From positions 23,460 through 87,459 of the forward strand of contig JAUCBJ010000373.1 in the NCBI GenBank assembly GCA_032718475.1: a stretch of 64,000 bases of DNA, written 5' to 3'. Position numbers and translations under genes: made by a program. Within the stretch, counting starts at the first letter, position 1, and every line of letters starts with the position of its first letter. A model generated the notes under the pieces. That model was not told the DNA's origin. It worked only from the letters and a program-made list of their open reading frames with translations, and did not search any database. The DNA comes from Nemertoderma westbladi. Its lineage: Eukaryota > Animalia > Xenacoelomorpha. Positions 60,818-64,000 of the stretch are shown here, piece after piece.

Positions 60818-62623
60818 ACGTTTGTACTTATAAACCGGTGGTCATTAGACCTACTCTTGGCCGCTGGCACTAAATTTGCTTAGTATTCTATAGAGATTCC
60901 AATAGAGATATTCTACGTATATTGTACTGTATAGAGATCTAGGACCATCAGGACTCTGCCGCAACGACGGGGAGCGTGTAGACGGAGAGACACTTACTTG
61001 TGCCTTGGTCCCAGGGTTGACAGTGGTGTTTTACCCCCTTGCCCCTAGTCACTGCCAACAGACCCTAATTGCAGGGGGTCGTGTTGCAGGAGGAGCCGAG
61101 TAGGGGAAGAACATGACGTATGTAGAGGTGGTGGATCAGGGGCATATATTCCACCCTTTTGCGTTCAAGACGCAAGACCCTCGGCCGCCCCGGTCCGGAG
61201 ACATCCTCCAGGAGATCGGGTCCCATCTCCATACCGTGACGCATGAGCCACGCTCCCACAGGTCCCTACTTCAGCGCATCGTCGTGGCCATTCTGGTGGG
61301 CAATGCGGCGTCTGTCCTGGCGACTGCTTGCCCATCCCCGGGTTGACTCTTTGGGGATTAGTCTCTTGTATTTATATCTTCTATGTTGACAAAGTTTGTG
61401 ACAAATGTATGTTTTATAAACTCATGTATAAATTTATGACAATATTGTATTTTTTAATATACAGTATGAAAATATTAATATGTAAATATAAATACGATAA
61501 TTACTCTTATCCATTGTTTGCCTCGTTGCGTTCGTCCTGTTTAGTCTTAAAGTATTATATTTGTAATATGTTAGCCACCGACGAGAATCGAAATTAATAA
61601 TAATTAAAAATAGTGTATATTGCTCGACATACTCTACATATACTGTATAAAGGGTACAGGCATTGATTCTAATTTGCGTCCAGTCCCCCCCCCCCCCCCC
61701 TGCCACGATCCAACAGGGACACCGACACAGGGTAGGAGACCAACCGTATTATCTACGAAGCTCTTTAGTGCACGTCGCAATCCACTGACAGCCTAGATTA
61801 AAGTCTTTATATCCCGGTGGGAATTAGAGTGTCGAATAGAAATACATTTGATTTACTTGCTACGACCGGATGATCAATGGACCTCGGAATACGAGCTAAG
61901 AGTATGGATTGTCGGTGTCGCTCTCCTCAACGATTACCAATATGGAACGCAAATTGTCAATTAGGGTGTCGTTTTAGCCTTCTCGTTGGGTCAATGTTAA
62001 ATTAATATTGAACAATTAGTGTCTAGAAGTATAAATTTTACTGTAAACTGTGTTCCTAAATTTAGTTTATTGTTTTGGTTAGAAAAGCCTGCCATTATAA
62101 CCTGATACTTTCCTTTAAAAGGTACCTAAATTGTGAATATCGAAATTAAAATATGTTAAAATAGGCTGAGACGACACCCCAATTGTTAATATGCATACGG
62201 GACATATTTGCTAATAAGTGTAATCGTAATACTGTAGTTAGAGAAAATTCAACATACAGTAAAAATTATATTACGGTACATATTAAGAGACTCTTATTAT
62301 TTTTGTTAAAGCCTTTGTGTCCTAAAATACGCATTTTATTCCCACTAAACTCTGTCCCCTACTCCACACGCCCCGCCGTGTCCGGTTCTGGTATACACCT
62401 AAAGTAATCAACCATTAAAAGCTATTTTTCAACAGAGCTTTTATTGGTTGTTGACCAGCAACGAGCCATGGCGTCATGATGGCAGAGTCCTGATGGTCCT
62501 AGATCTCTATACAGTAGAATATACGTAGAATATCTCTATTGGAATCTCTATAGAATACTAAGCAAATTTAGTGCCAGCGGCCAAGAGTAGGTCTAATGAC
62601 CACCGGTTTATAAGTACAAACGT
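60818..62623. mobile_element. Element bounded by ~143-bp near-perfect inverted repeats
   Basis: 60818-60960 is the reverse complement of 62481-62623, with about one mismatch. No TSD identified. Confidence 0.75.
61075..61346 (+). pseudogene. Degenerate C-terminal restriction-like endonuclease fragment of a CRE-type non-LTR retrotransposon
   Basis: FHPFAFKT...LQEIG...EPRS...LLQRIVVAILVGNAASVL resembles the QRLSVAIQRGNAASVL terminus of CRE-type elements. Confidence 0.65.
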
Positions 62624-62814
62624 CCCACTAATTTAGTGGGCTGCTGCAGCTTACTGTTGTATTTATAATAGGTCATGGTAGGCGATAGTTCTATATAGTA
62701 TAATATAATAAAAATATAATATAATATAAATATAATATAAATATAATATAAATAATATAAGTATTATATTCGTAAAATTGGCCGATAAAGTAGGTCGATA
62801 AATCAATGGGAAGT

Positions 62815-63938
62815 GGGTCAATACAAAACACAGAAAAACAAACAAAACACACAAGAACACACGAAAACAAACAAAAACAAATAAAACACACAAAAACAAA
62901 CAAAAACACACAAAAACAAATAAAACACACAAAAACAAATAAAAACATACAAAACACACAAAAAGAAACGAAAACACACAAAAACACACAAAAACAAACA
63001 AAAACACACAAAAACAAACAAAAACACACAACAAACAAATAAACAAAAACACACACAAACAAACAAAAGCAAACAAAAACACAAAAACAAACACAAACAC
63101 AAATAAACAAAAACAAACAAAAACACACACAAACAAACAAAAGCAAACAAAACACACAAAAACAAACAAAAGACACATAAAGAAACAAAACACACAAAAA
63201 CAAACAAAAACACACAAAAACAAACAGAAACACACAAAAACATACAATTCACACAAAAACACACAAAAACATACAATTCACACAAAAACACACAAAACAA
63301 ACAAAAACACACAAAAACAAACAAAGACACACAAAAACAAACAAAGACACACAAAAACAAACAAAAACACACAAAAACAAATAAAAACAAACAAAACAAA
63401 CAAAAACAAACAAAACATGTAGAAAGAAACAAAACACACAAAAACAAACAAAAACACACAAAAACAAACAATTCACACAAAATCACACAAAAACATACAA
63501 TTCACACAAAAACACACAAAACAAACAAAAACACACAAAAACAAACAAAGACACACAAAAACAAACAAAAACACACAAAAACAAATCAAAACAAACAAAA
63601 CAAACAAAACATGTAGAAAGAAACAAAACAAACAAAAACACACAAAAACATACAATTCACACAAAAACACACAAAACATACAATTCACACAAAAACACGC
63701 AAAACAAACAAAAACACACAAAAACAAACAAAGACACACAAAAACAAACAAAGACACACAAAAACACACAAAAAACACACAAAAACAAACAAAGACACAC
63801 AAAAACAAACAAAAACACACAAAAACAAATAAAAACAAACAAAACAAACAAAAACAAACAAAACATGTAGAAAGAAACAAAACACACAAAAACAAACAAA
63901 AACACACAAAAACAAACAAAAACATATAAAACACACAA
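62815..63938. repeat. A/C-rich low-complexity ~10-bp satellite (ACAAAAACAC/ACAAAAACAA); a short copy lies at about 60015-60097
   Basis: Directly visible. Confidence 0.95.
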
Positions 63939-64000
63939 ATTATAATAACTATTTACATTATTGTATGAAAAGTAGCACTATTAGTGTTTATTACTCTTGT

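Noticed and set aside
62663-63938. Hydrophobic F/V/C/L-rich ORFs resembling membrane proteins
   Set aside because: They are translations of a T/G-only low-complexity repeat.

Overview
This is repeat-rich animal genomic DNA; the caveolin exon shows a spliceosomal holozoan, and the CTCF-type motifs suggest a bilaterian. Three host genes are recognisable: a caveolin terminal exon (101-439, +), an intronless RNF212/Zip3-type meiotic RING ligase (4481-5779, -) and an intronless UCHL5/UCH37 (27347-28327, -). The rest is satellites (20, 39, ~21, ~68 and ~10 bp units) and nested mobile elements whose ends and target-site duplications can be read directly. (1) A Sola2-like TIR element (TSD AATA) holds a head-to-tail A-B-A-B array of four non-autonomous Helitrons, each carrying ~147-bp repeats with a bipartite CTCF-like motif. 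(2) A young 5'-truncated RTE-type LINE sits inside a G-rich minisatellite. (3) A long-TIR element holds a BEL/Pao LTR element (TSD GACTT), which itself holds a second, inverted BEL/Pao element (TSD GGAGG). (4) There are also piggyBac-type and other MITEs. The most striking observations are that both BEL/Pao elements lack a tRNA primer-binding site and instead have an LTR-abutting sequence complementary to their own LTR (candidate Tf1-like self-priming), the Helitron-borne CTCF-motif array, and a triple zinc-knuckle ORF in the env position of one BEL element. All alignments and counts were done by eye.
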